A DNA stretch of 32,000 bases from Microcoleaceae cyanobacterium (GTDB taxonomy: Bacteria > Cyanobacteriota > Cyanobacteriia > Cyanobacteriales > Microcoleaceae), in contig JBARZE010000026.1 in assembly GCA_049649525.1 (NCBI GenBank), forward strand, positions 40,246-72,245, in the 5' to 3' direction. The translations under genes were made by a program, and so were the position numbers. The notes under the pieces were generated by a model that saw only the letters and a program-made list of their open reading frames with translations, searched no databases and had not been told where the DNA came from. Within the stretch, counting starts at the first letter, position 1, and each line of letters starts with the position of its first letter. Below, in pieces: positions 19,234 to 27,416 of the stretch.

Positions 19234-19500
19234 CTATTTACCCAGGGATTCACAACCTACGCCATCTTTATCTCTATCTAACTTGTGGCGGTCATCTCCT
19301 TTAATAATGACTGGCGCGTTAATTCCTAATGCAGGCAAGTCTTTACAGTTAAGGTCAGGTGATGATACGGGAATACAGATTTGATTACCGTAGATATCTG
19401 TTGGGTAAGCTGGGTCACAGTCTTGAGCTGATAGTAATAGTGCGAGAAGTAACGCCATAGAAATTGGGTGAAAGACATCATACACTTCTCTCGATATCAT
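19234..19500 (-). CDS. Small secreted Excalibur Ca-binding-domain protein
   Basis: C-terminal DRHKLDRDKDGVGCE matches the Excalibur DxDxDGxxCE motif. A hydrophobic leader MALLLALLLSAQD suggests an alternative start at 19458. Confidence 0.6.
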   Translation of the reverse strand: MISREVYDVFHPISMALLLALLLSAQDCDPAYPTDIYGNQICIPVSSPDLNCKDLPALGINAPVIIKGDDRHKLDRDKDGVGCESLGK

Positions 19501-20245
19501 GAAGCCCCTCCGGAGATTTGTTCTGCGTGTATGGATAAATTTAGTTGCAAATTTGGTAGCGATGCCGTGATTGCGGCGGCTACTAATCGCAAAGTGTGCC
19601 GTCAGTGGTAATCACACATTTTGCACTATCGTACATACAGCATCTGGGTTGGGGGCGTTTCGTTCTGCGCTGCTTAGATCCAAACGGGGTATAGGTTTAT
19701 CGCATGGCACTTCTAATCAAGTTTCCGTTTGTCAGAGCAGACCATTATTGACAGAATTACATCTCAATATTCACGATGTCGCAGAATGAAACGTGCGAAG
19801 CTAGCTGATCTCCTCAAACTTCCATCTTGGTATTTTAGCCCCAGGCTTAGCTGCATTAATCGCCCTATATGCTGTTCCACAACGTTTCTTGCAATATCTA
19901 GCAAAGTGGCGATCGCCTAGAAGCTCAAATTAGATATAATTACTAACGCTCGGAAATTAAATCTTGTTCTAACTGAGTTAGTTTTACAAACTCCAAAATT
20001 CAAAATAAGAAACGGTTAATAAAGAAGCGATGGGTACGTTCTTACCGATGAAGAAGTGAAGCACGGACAAGTTACGAACAAAGCTAATAAGCATTCTAGC
20101 TTAATGCATGGAAGTGTTTACAAGTTCCGTAGTTTTCGGAACTTATAATTGAGGCAGGTTATTTCTAACAAACTAATAAGTTGGCTACACTAATTACAAT
20201 CTTACGCAGCAGATATTATATGCTTTCAAGCTTAATATAGACTCG

Positions 20246-20482
20246 CTACCCTCCAACTTGTTCCTCAATCCTAAATTGTTCTGGGGCTTTACGTTTAGCA
20301 ACAGCCGCAGTAATCGCTTCTCTATAGAATTGAGCCATAGATTCCCCTTCTCTTAGCAACCCTTCAAGCTCTTGTCGCATACTTTCAGGAATTCGAGTCT
20401 GAGCGACAACTGATTTTTCATTTTCACTAATTGGGGTATACCAGCTTTTTTCGCCATTTCGGTTCCCATACGGGGCTGCCAT
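20246..20482 (-). CDS. Ribbon-helix-helix (CopG/Arc-like) DNA-binding protein, plasmid or mobile-element type
   Basis: 78 aa. The segment TRIPESMRQELEGLLREGESMAQFYREAITAAV looks like a beta-strand followed by two helices. A strong SD AAGGAGG lies 6-7 nt upstream of the ATG. Confidence 0.5.
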   Translation of the reverse strand: MAAPYGNRNGEKSWYTPISENEKSVVAQTRIPESMRQELEGLLREGESMAQFYREAITAAVAKRKAPEQFRIEEQVGG

Positions 20483-20497
20483 TATATTCCTCCTTTC

Positions 20498-20576
20498 ATT
20501 GCCTTGTATGCTCTAGTATAGCCAATATACAAAATAAATAGCAAGAGTTGACAATTGCCTTGTATGTAGGTAATGA
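20498..20576 (+). promoter_or_regulatory. Divergent promoter/operator: two copies of ATTGCCTTGTATG, with a -35 TTGACA and -10 TAATGA at 17-nt spacing
   Basis: ATTGCCTTGTATG occurs at 20498-20510 and 20554-20566. TTGACA is at 20548-20553 and TAATGA at 20571-20576. The second repeat fills the spacer. The region lies between the RHH gene and ORF 20656. Confidence 0.45.
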
Positions 20577-20655
20577 TAATAAATATAGCAAAAGAGAGAG
20601 GCGCTTCCTACGGCAAAACCTCTCTCCAAGCTAGTACACAAGTAAGGTAACTAAC

Positions 20656-20892
20656 ATGACTACATTGTACTGTGATTGTAGTGTTGAGCAATATCAATCG
20701 ACTGAAACCATTGTCGCCCGAGATGGTAAACAGGTAACATTTCATTCAGAAATCCACGGAATTATAGACGGTCGCAACTGGCGCTATGTACGTCACGAGC
20801 TAAATTGGCGCTATAGCAACTATGAGTTACAGGTTCAGGCGTGTAATGATTATTGGCTGAGTGAAGATGAAGCTTGGACACCATTTCATTAA
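20656..20892 (+). CDS. Hypothetical protein (78 aa)
   Basis: ORF downstream of the promoter-like element. I recognise no motif in it. Confidence 0.35.
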   Translation: MTTLYCDCSVEQYQSTETIVARDGKQVTFHSEIHGIIDGRNWRYVRHELNWRYSNYELQVQACNDYWLSEDEAWTPFH

Positions 20893-21487
20893 GCGATAGA
20901 CTGGGCGGTAGAGCAACGCAATTTACGCCGCTATGTTGCAGAAATTCATTCACAGTTGGCGTTTCAGAAAGATGATTTCAGTCATGAGCCTTGTCTTAGC
21001 AGTATCGCAGCGTCGGGTGTAAGTGACAAAGTTATTGAGCTTGACACAGTTCGACGCGATAAAGATAACACTCGATCTGCCCTTTTGCCATCATCGGATT
21101 TGAAACCTAGTGAACCTGTAACCACAACAGTAGCGACTGCTAATATTTCTCATAAAGTTGTCGATATTGAGAAGAAGGAAGTGAGTCAGTCTCTACCTGC
21201 ACCCTTCACTACTAGCTCATTACAACAAGCCGCTGGAGATAAATTAAATCTAACGACAAAAACAACGATGAGTATAGCTCAGAAACTCTATGAATCTGGA
21301 TTAATTACTTACATGAGAACGGATTCTTGCTCATTATCTGAGGAATTCTGTTCAGCAGTAAAAGCTTATTTGCAACAACACGACTCACAAAATCTCCCTG
21401 AAGTTATGACTCAACATCGTAATAATAAATCGGCTCAGGAAGGACATGAAGCGATTCGACCCACTCATATTGAGGAGACTCCTGAAC

Positions 21488-22668
21488 CAGAAATGTTGAA
21501 TCGGTCGAGGAATCTATCTAAAATTAGACACACTACACCTATTATCAGCAAATTTTGTCAACAAAAAACGCTCCTTAGGTAACCAATGAACATAGCTGAT
21601 GTTTTCACACATAAAAGCCTGTAAATAACGCAGCTTGTCTAATAATTTATTTCCAAACTCTTTAGGAATTATGACTAATTGCAGCAACACGTAAGCGATT
21701 AAACAGACATAGATTGGAATAGTGATTCTATTAGTATTTTTAGTGATTAAACGGTCGAGTTTAAGATGCATCTTTAAGAACTTCCAGAATAATTCTATTT
21801 GCCAACGTAATCGATCAGATTCTCCCACTTCTTCATTACTAATTCTTTCTACTCCTGTTTCAGGTAAATTGGTAACAAAACGAAATTCAGTTTTGCTTTC
21901 TATCTCACAAAAATTGACGACTCGGGCTACCACTTGCTGACTACCTGTTCCTACTAATAATTGACTATTGTCCAACATTTATAGCCGAATATTGTTTTTT
22001 ATTAAGAATAAAAAATATCTTTGAGTTTCACTCATTAATTTTTCAACTCTTGACAGGCTTGAAAATCCTCTGTCCATTAGACTAACTCCTTTTGATGGAG
22101 TAGCTTCTATCCTAGAGTCTCCATACTTACTATCATGACCTTGGCCAAAATGAATTCAAATACCTCCTGGTTCTGCCGTCAATAAATTCAGACCAGCAAA
22201 CAGTTTGACTTGGTAAAAGTCTTGAGACCATAATAGTTTACTTGTTCAAGTCACAATAGTTGAATCCAATGGGAATAATACTAACTTATCTGACTGTTTT
22301 TTATCAGAAAGTTTTAACTTTTTTCTCAGCTTTAAAAATAAATTATAAAATTGAAGTGGGTCTCGATTTTTGCGCTTCTTTAGAGAAAGTTGAAATATCT
22401 ACCTTTATGCCCCGCACATTTAGGCGTTTAAATAGGCTCCTCATACTCGCGATTGCTTTGATCAAGGGCAAAATTTAGCCAGGTAGAAACAAATAGGAAT
22501 GAACTCAGGACTGGATAATCATCTTGAGGAAGCTCTCCTAGGAGATTTTTGACGAGGTGAGGAAAGTTTGATACCATACAGCTATTAGTTTTTTGAAATT
22601 CATAAGCCTCCAGTCTATCAGATTAGAGGCTCTTTTTTAAGTCTTTTCACTAACATTCAACACTTCTG
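21488..22668 (-). mobile_element. IS4-family insertion sequence (1181 bp) with a decayed DDE transposase, 14-bp terminal inverted repeats and a 9-bp target-site duplication
   Basis: IRL is cagaaatgttgaat (21488-21501). IRR, reverse-complemented, is cagaagtgttgaat (22655-22668). The TSD ctcctgaac occurs at 21479-21487 and 22669-22677. Transposase pieces on the - strand include PLDSTIV, LMDRGFSS and RLRWQIELFWKFLKMHLKLDRL (the DDE blocks), with several frameshifts and stops. Confidence 0.85.
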
Positions 22669-22817
22669 CTCCTGAACATTTAAGTTCATCACTTCAAGGG
22701 CAAGAATTACAGTTGGATGAACTGATTTGGAGTCGGGCGACCGCATCTCTATGTAAGCCTGCCATAGTAGAGAAAACTCAGGTGAAAATAATTGCAGGTG
22801 AGCAGGGCGAAGCCCTT

Positions 22818-22964
22818 GGAAGGCAGAAGGCAGAAGGATGATCCCTCAAACTTATCCTGCTTAGATACAAGCCCTGACTTAAGAAGTCGCTGTAAGTTTA
22901 GTGGGAGTCCAAGCTCCTTCCAAACCAGTGACCCTCTGCCCTCCTCCCTCTGCCCTCTACCCTC
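22818..22964. repeat. Short insertion (147 bp) bounded by inverted heptamer-repeat arms, (GGCAGAA)n and (CCCTCTG)n
   Basis: The left arm is ggaaggcagaaggcagaagg (22818-22837). The right arm is ccctctgccctcctccctctgccctctaccctc (22932-22964). It interrupts the topoisomerase between …VKIIAGEQG and YEYHFLLKGNRI. Confidence 0.65.
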
Positions 22965-23250
22965 GTATGAGTATCATTTTCTGCTTAAGGGTAATCGAAT
23001 TGTAGAGTCTTGTTATGCTAAATATTGGCAGAATTTAGCAGAAGAAAAAGACTTACCTGAATTTATAGTTGGACAGACTTTAGAGTTAGAGAGCGTTCGT
23101 TTAAGTCAACACAAAACTGAAGCGAATAAACGATTTACTGAGCCGAGTTTGGTTAAGACTCTGGAAAAAAATGGTATAGGTCGCCCTTCAACTTATGCTA
23201 CTATTATCAATACTTTAATTGATAGAGCTTATGTGACATTGATTGAACGA

Positions 23251-23471
23251 GGGCAGAAGGCAGAAGGCAGAAGGCAGAAGGATTATAAATTAAGAGATTC
23301 AAACTCGCCACTAATTGTAGACGATCAAATCAAAGATTTTAATAGGGATCTTGTATCTAAAAGTATGAAGCGCGACAATGCAGTCTTAGAAGAAACCCCC
23401 ATGAGTGATTGTCGTAATAAGGGAGAAGAAAAATCAAACCCTCTGCCCTCTGCCCTCTGCCCTCTGCCTTC
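23251..23471. repeat. Second insertion (221 bp) with the same inverted heptamer-repeat arms but an unrelated interior
   Basis: The left arm is gggcagaaggcagaaggcagaaggcagaagg (23251-23281). The right arm is ccctctgccctctgccctctgccctctgccttc (23439-23471). It interrupts the topoisomerase between YVTLIERG and KKNLVVTELG. Confidence 0.65.
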
Positions 23472-24357
23472 AAAGGCGTTGGCGTAGCCTCTCCGCCAGG
23501 AGAAAGCCTGACAAGAAGAATTTAGTCGTAACAGAGTTAGGCTTGAAGGTTGATGAAATTCTATTTCAGGTGGTTCCAGATATTATTAATCCAGGTTTTA
23601 CAGCTCAACTTGAAAAGAATTTAGATGAGATTGCCGATTGTCAATTGAATTGGGAGTAATGGCTAATTGATTGGAATACTCAAACGTTTCAACCTGCACT
23701 GAATCGGGGTAATCAAGTGATTGAGCAAGTCATTTCTTAACAATTAACAGAGTTCGATTGTCCTATTTGTGGTGCTAAGTTGAAGAAGCATCAATATATT
23801 AAAAATAAAGAGTCGAAAGTGATGCTACGTTGTTCTCAATTGGGTAATTCTGATTGTAAAGATGTGGCTTATTTTCAATCAAGGGATTTGTTTTGGAGTC
23901 CTAAATATGGAGATTTGCCGGGGCAGGTTAAACCTCAAAATCAGAATTTGGCTAAGGTTAAACCCGCAACTAAAACTAATACTCCTGTTTCGGGAACAGT
24001 ATCTAGAAGCCCTAAATTAAGGAAATCTCTGTAGTTAAGTGTGTTGCGATGGCGTTGTATTGCGTGACTCAGCTTTTATGACGTAATTCTATTGCCTACA
24101 TCAAGTTTGCTGTTAGTAATATCTTCACGGGGAATATTCCTGTAGTTATCTATCTACTTTTCATTCCCTTTATCACCCCTTGAGATCTCTCTATTCTAGT
24201 AATGAGGTTCTATCTCATAAACCTTTGCAAACATTATCATGCTAGTAATACTTGGAAACAAAGTTGAAGAACCGCCTTCTTGGGCTATTTAGTAATATGC
24301 CTAATTAGTTACTATTAGATTAAGTCTAATTATAAATCAGAGAAGTTGCATTACTTA

Positions 24358-26271
24358 CTATAAACCTTCTCGGGCACCATGAGATAAAAGAAATTCAACC
24401 ATATTTCTATTCTTTTGTTGTACAACTCTATGTAATGGACTATATCCCTGAGCGTCTCGAATATTAATATTCGCCCCATAGGTAACAAGAAGTCTGATAA
24501 TCTCATCATTGCCCAACTGTTGACAAGCAAGAGTAAGAGGGCTACAACTATATCTATTCGTTAAATTGACACTTGCACCAGAAGACAAAATATATTTTAT
24601 TGTCTGTCTATGATTACCTTGCACTGCTTCACATAAAGCACTATTTCCTACTTGATTTATATGATTAATATCGGTATTATATTGAGTTAGAAGCTCTACA
24701 ATATCTTGATGCCCTAAACGGGCTGCCCAATATAGAGGAGTGTTACCATATTTATCTTCTGTGTTGACATCTGCACCATAACTAATCAAAAGCTCACCAA
24801 TATCTCTACAGCTTATGTAACTTGACTCATAACTTACAATTGCCACTTGATGCAAAGGAGAAAACTCAAATTTTCCTGTCTTTTCATTGACTCTTGCACC
24901 CTGATTGAGCAGAAGTTCAATCAAAGTTTTATTTTTATACTTACGTCCAATCGCTGTAATCAACCATGAATCTCCTTTTGACAATCCTTTTGTTAATCTA
25001 GAATTAACATCTATTCCCTGTGCGAGATAAGACTTGACTAATTCTATATCCCCAAGCATCAGAGCAATATCTGGTTCTGTAACAGCATTATTATCTAATA
25101 GAAGTTGAGCAATTTTCTTGTGCTCATTAGAAACTGCTAAGTATAGAGGAGTGCAGCCATCTTTTGCTCTGGCATTGATTTGTGCTCCATTAGTAATTAA
25201 GAGTTCAACTATATTCTGCTCTCCTCGTTGGGAAGCAATATGCAAAGGAGTATAACCGTTATTATCTACAACGTCAATGCTTGCACCATGAGCAATTAGG
25301 AATTGTACAATACTCTCATTCTCCTGTGCAACTGCTATGTGTAATGGACTCAAATTTTGTCTACATCCGCTAATATTAACCTCAGCACCATAGGCAACAA
25401 GAACTCGAACAACTTCATCACCACCTTTACGCTGTAAAGCACGCAGAAGAGGAGTAAAACCATTATTGTCTGTTAAATTGACTTCTGCCCCGTGCTGCAA
25501 AAGAGATCTTAGTGTGTCTGGACAATGATTTTTGGCTGCTCCAAATAATGCACTGGCGTTTTCTTTATTAAGGATATTAACATCAGCTCCGCAATCTAAC
25601 AGAAGTTCTACAATTTCCCGATTTCTTAACAAAGCAGCCTGATGTAAAGGGGTATGACCTCCTGTAGCTTTAGCATTAACATCAGCACCATGAGCAATCA
25701 AAAGGGAGCAAATATCTAGACAATCTATAGCTGATGCTCGATGTAGTGGAGTAACATTATGAGGTTCACTCCTCTCTTGAACATTTGCCCCCAAATCTAA
25801 TAGAAGTGCAGCCATAGCTCTGTTTCTGTTTGTGATAGCTGTCATCAGCCATGACTTACCCTTGTTATATCCTTTTTTTAACTTAGAGTTTACATCTACT
25901 CCCTTTTGTATATATTGCTTGACCAACTCAACATCTCCAAGCATCACAGCGATGTCTGGCTCCATTGTGGCACCATAATTTAGCAGAAGTTTAACAATTT
26001 CCTGATGCTGACCCAGAGCTGCTAGATATATAGGAGTACAGTCATCTTCTGCTTTAACATTAATCTGTATTCCATAATTCAGCAGTATTTTCACTACATG
26101 TATGTGTCCTTGAAAAGATGCTAGATGCAAAGCAGTTTGGCTACGGCTGTCTCTAGCAGAAATATTAGCTCCATTAGCAATCAGTATATTAACAATTTCT
26201 CCATCGCCCTGGTAAGCAGCAATAAGCAATACAGAACCAGTTTTTCTTTGAAAGTTAAACATATTACTCAA
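24358..26271 (-). CDS. Ankyrin-repeat protein (637 aa, ~18 repeats) with an internal ~110-140-aa block duplication
   Basis: ANK consensus recurs throughout, e.g. GHTPLHQAALLRNREIVELLLDCGADVN and GYTPLHIASQRGEQNIVELLITNGAQIN. No signal peptide is visible. Confidence 0.9.
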   Translation of the reverse strand: MSNMFNFQRKTGSVLLIAAYQGDGEIVNILIANGANISARDSRSQTALHLASFQGHIHVVKILLNYGIQINVKAEDDCTPIYLAALGQHQEIVKLLLNYGATMEPDIAVMLGDVELVKQYIQKGVDVNSKLKKGYNKGKSWLMTAITNRNRAMAALLLDLGANVQERSEPHNVTPLHRASAIDCLDICSLLIAHGADVNAKATGGHTPLHQAALLRNREIVELLLDCGADVNILNKENASALFGAAKNHCPDTLRSLLQHGAEVNLTDNNGFTPLLRALQRKGGDEVVRVLVAYGAEVNISGCRQNLSPLHIAVAQENESIVQFLIAHGASIDVVDNNGYTPLHIASQRGEQNIVELLITNGAQINARAKDGCTPLYLAVSNEHKKIAQLLLDNNAVTEPDIALMLGDIELVKSYLAQGIDVNSRLTKGLSKGDSWLITAIGRKYKNKTLIELLLNQGARVNEKTGKFEFSPLHQVAIVSYESSYISCRDIGELLISYGADVNTEDKYGNTPLYWAARLGHQDIVELLTQYNTDINHINQVGNSALCEAVQGNHRQTIKYILSSGASVNLTNRYSCSPLTLACQQLGNDEIIRLLVTYGANINIRDAQGYSPLHRVVQQKNRNMVEFLLSHGAREGL

Positions 26272-26490
26272 CTCATATTAACTATTTTGTAGCTATTTCA
26301 TACATTCAAATTTATTAATTTATTTTAATTAAAAATCAATGATTTGAAACTGAGGATTAATTGTTGAGTCTATATTTTTGGAGGCTACAGAGATTTCCTG
26401 ATTCTTTTTTACACTAAGTTTCAACTGTCATAATTCTCTACCTTATAGCCTCCTTGTTGTTCTTTTAAAAGGAGAGATATAATGCAAATT

Positions 26491-27255
26491 TTATATTAAG
26501 CCAGATAGAAAAGCTGATTTAATATGATGATTCTTAACAAATCCTTCGATTCGAAAAGTTATTCCTGTAAAAGGGTCTATTCCTATACCATCCCATGCAC
26601 CTGTTGGAATGCATTTTTGTTCATATGCATTACCAATCATGTCTATCACACCATAGTCATCTAAATCTATTGGGAAGAAGCTTGATACTTTTTCTAATGA
26701 TGGATGGCTTGGAACTCGAGATTTTGCGGTAAAAGGTTCGTCATAAGCGTTTTCAGGGGGTTCAGTAACCCATTCGTAATGCACCGTTTCAATAGCACGT
26801 GCTGTTGAGTGAAAACCAGAAAGCTCGCCAACTCTAACAGAAGGGAAAAAAATATGATCTTCGTCTATTGTGTAATTACAATTGTTTTCTTCATTCAATT
26901 CTAATACAACTGCTCCTATCATAGATAGACCAACAAGGATGTCAAGTAACTTGAAGGTACTCACCTGCTCTGTGACAGAAATAAATCCTGATGGGTCAGT
27001 ATAGTGAATTGGATTCGCATTTCCATATAAGTACTTATGTAACGTAATTGGCTCAGCTACTCGACCCTCATAAACATCTCGACGAGTAAACCGTCCAACA
27101 TTCCGGTCATAGTAGCGATCGCGTAAATAATACTGTCCTAAATTCCCATCAAATTGCTCCCCTGCAAACAGATAGTTATTCTCAACATCACCCGTAGAAT
27201 CTAATAACTCGCCAAAGGCTTCATAGTTATAGTCAGCAACGCCGGATTTTTTGCT
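26491..27255 (-). pseudogene. Orphan Rhs/YD-repeat C-terminal tip: the end of the Rhs core plus a ~170-aa variable C-terminal (toxin-like) domain, 5'-truncated with no start codon for the core part
   Basis: The reverse frame is open from 27255, just after a TAA. It reads SKKSGVADYNYEAFGELLDSTGDVENNYLFAGEQFDGNLGQYYLRDRYYDRNVGRFTRRDVYEGRVAEPITLHKYLYGNANPIHYTDPSGF. That is the Rhs-associated core end (…GRF…D…LHxYxYxxxNPxxxxDPxG). A unique tail follows, which is track ORF 26491-26964 starting at GTG. Confidence 0.75.
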
Positions 27256-27344
27256 TTATTATGAGAGGAAAATTAATTAGATACTGGTCAACAGAAGTAA
27301 TCGGCTAGCCATAAATGCCTGTAATTAAGGAGTGAAAAATAATT

Positions 27345-27380
27345 AAGAAAAGGTGGGTTTACTTTGCAGCAACCCACCCG
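27345..27380 (-). terminator. Rho-independent terminator closing the two-gene operon
   Basis: On the minus strand: GGGTGGGTT-gctgcaaagta-AACCCACC followed by TTTTCTT. The perfect 8-bp stem spans 27352-27359 and 27371-27378, ~37 nt after the stop at 27417. Confidence 0.75.
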
Positions 27381-27416
27381 ATAAAATTAACAATCGCACT
27401 TTACTGATGTGAAAGT

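Larger units (their letters stand above)
21130..24034 (+). pseudogene. Type IA DNA topoisomerase (TopA-like) remnant: no TOPRIM N-terminus, interrupted by an IS and two short insertions, and frameshifted
   Basis: LPAPFTTSSLQQAAGDKLNLTTKTTMSIAQKLYESGLITYMRTDS contains the catalytic-Tyr block. Other blocks are AQEGHEAIRPT, LDELIWSRATASLC, RFTEPSLVKTLEKNGIGRPSTYATIINTLIDRAYV, FTAQLEKNLDEIA, and the Zn-ribbon CPICGAKL…RCSQLGNSDC. The blocks are colinear with E. coli TopA as I remember it, but spread over at least four frames or ORFs. Confidence 0.8.

Noticed and set aside
19560-19920. Plus-strand ORFs 19571-19789 and 19729-19920. Also a minus-strand 40-aa stretch, FELLGDRHFARYCKKRCGTAYRAINAAKPGAKIPRWKFEEIS, that resembles a C-terminal Zn-ribbon tail (…C..RC….YR).
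   Set aside because: The plus-strand ORFs have no RBS or recognisable motifs. The minus-strand piece is bounded by stops with no start and is too short to assign. It may be a gene fragment, but I cannot support a call.
20762-20953. Minus-strand ORF overlapping ORF 20656-20892.
   Set aside because: It is antisense to the ORF that sits behind the promoter-like element, and it has no supporting signal.
21722-22478. Plus-strand ORFs 21722-21940 and 22260-22478 inside the IS element.
   Set aside because: They are antisense to the recognisable, though decayed, DDE transposase frames.
22792-23659. ORFs 22792-23487 and 23405-23659 as intact proteins with odd QKAEGRR and PLPSALC low-complexity segments.
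   Set aside because: They are read-through of heptamer-repeat insertions inside topoisomerase fragments, so they are pseudogene pieces rather than genes.
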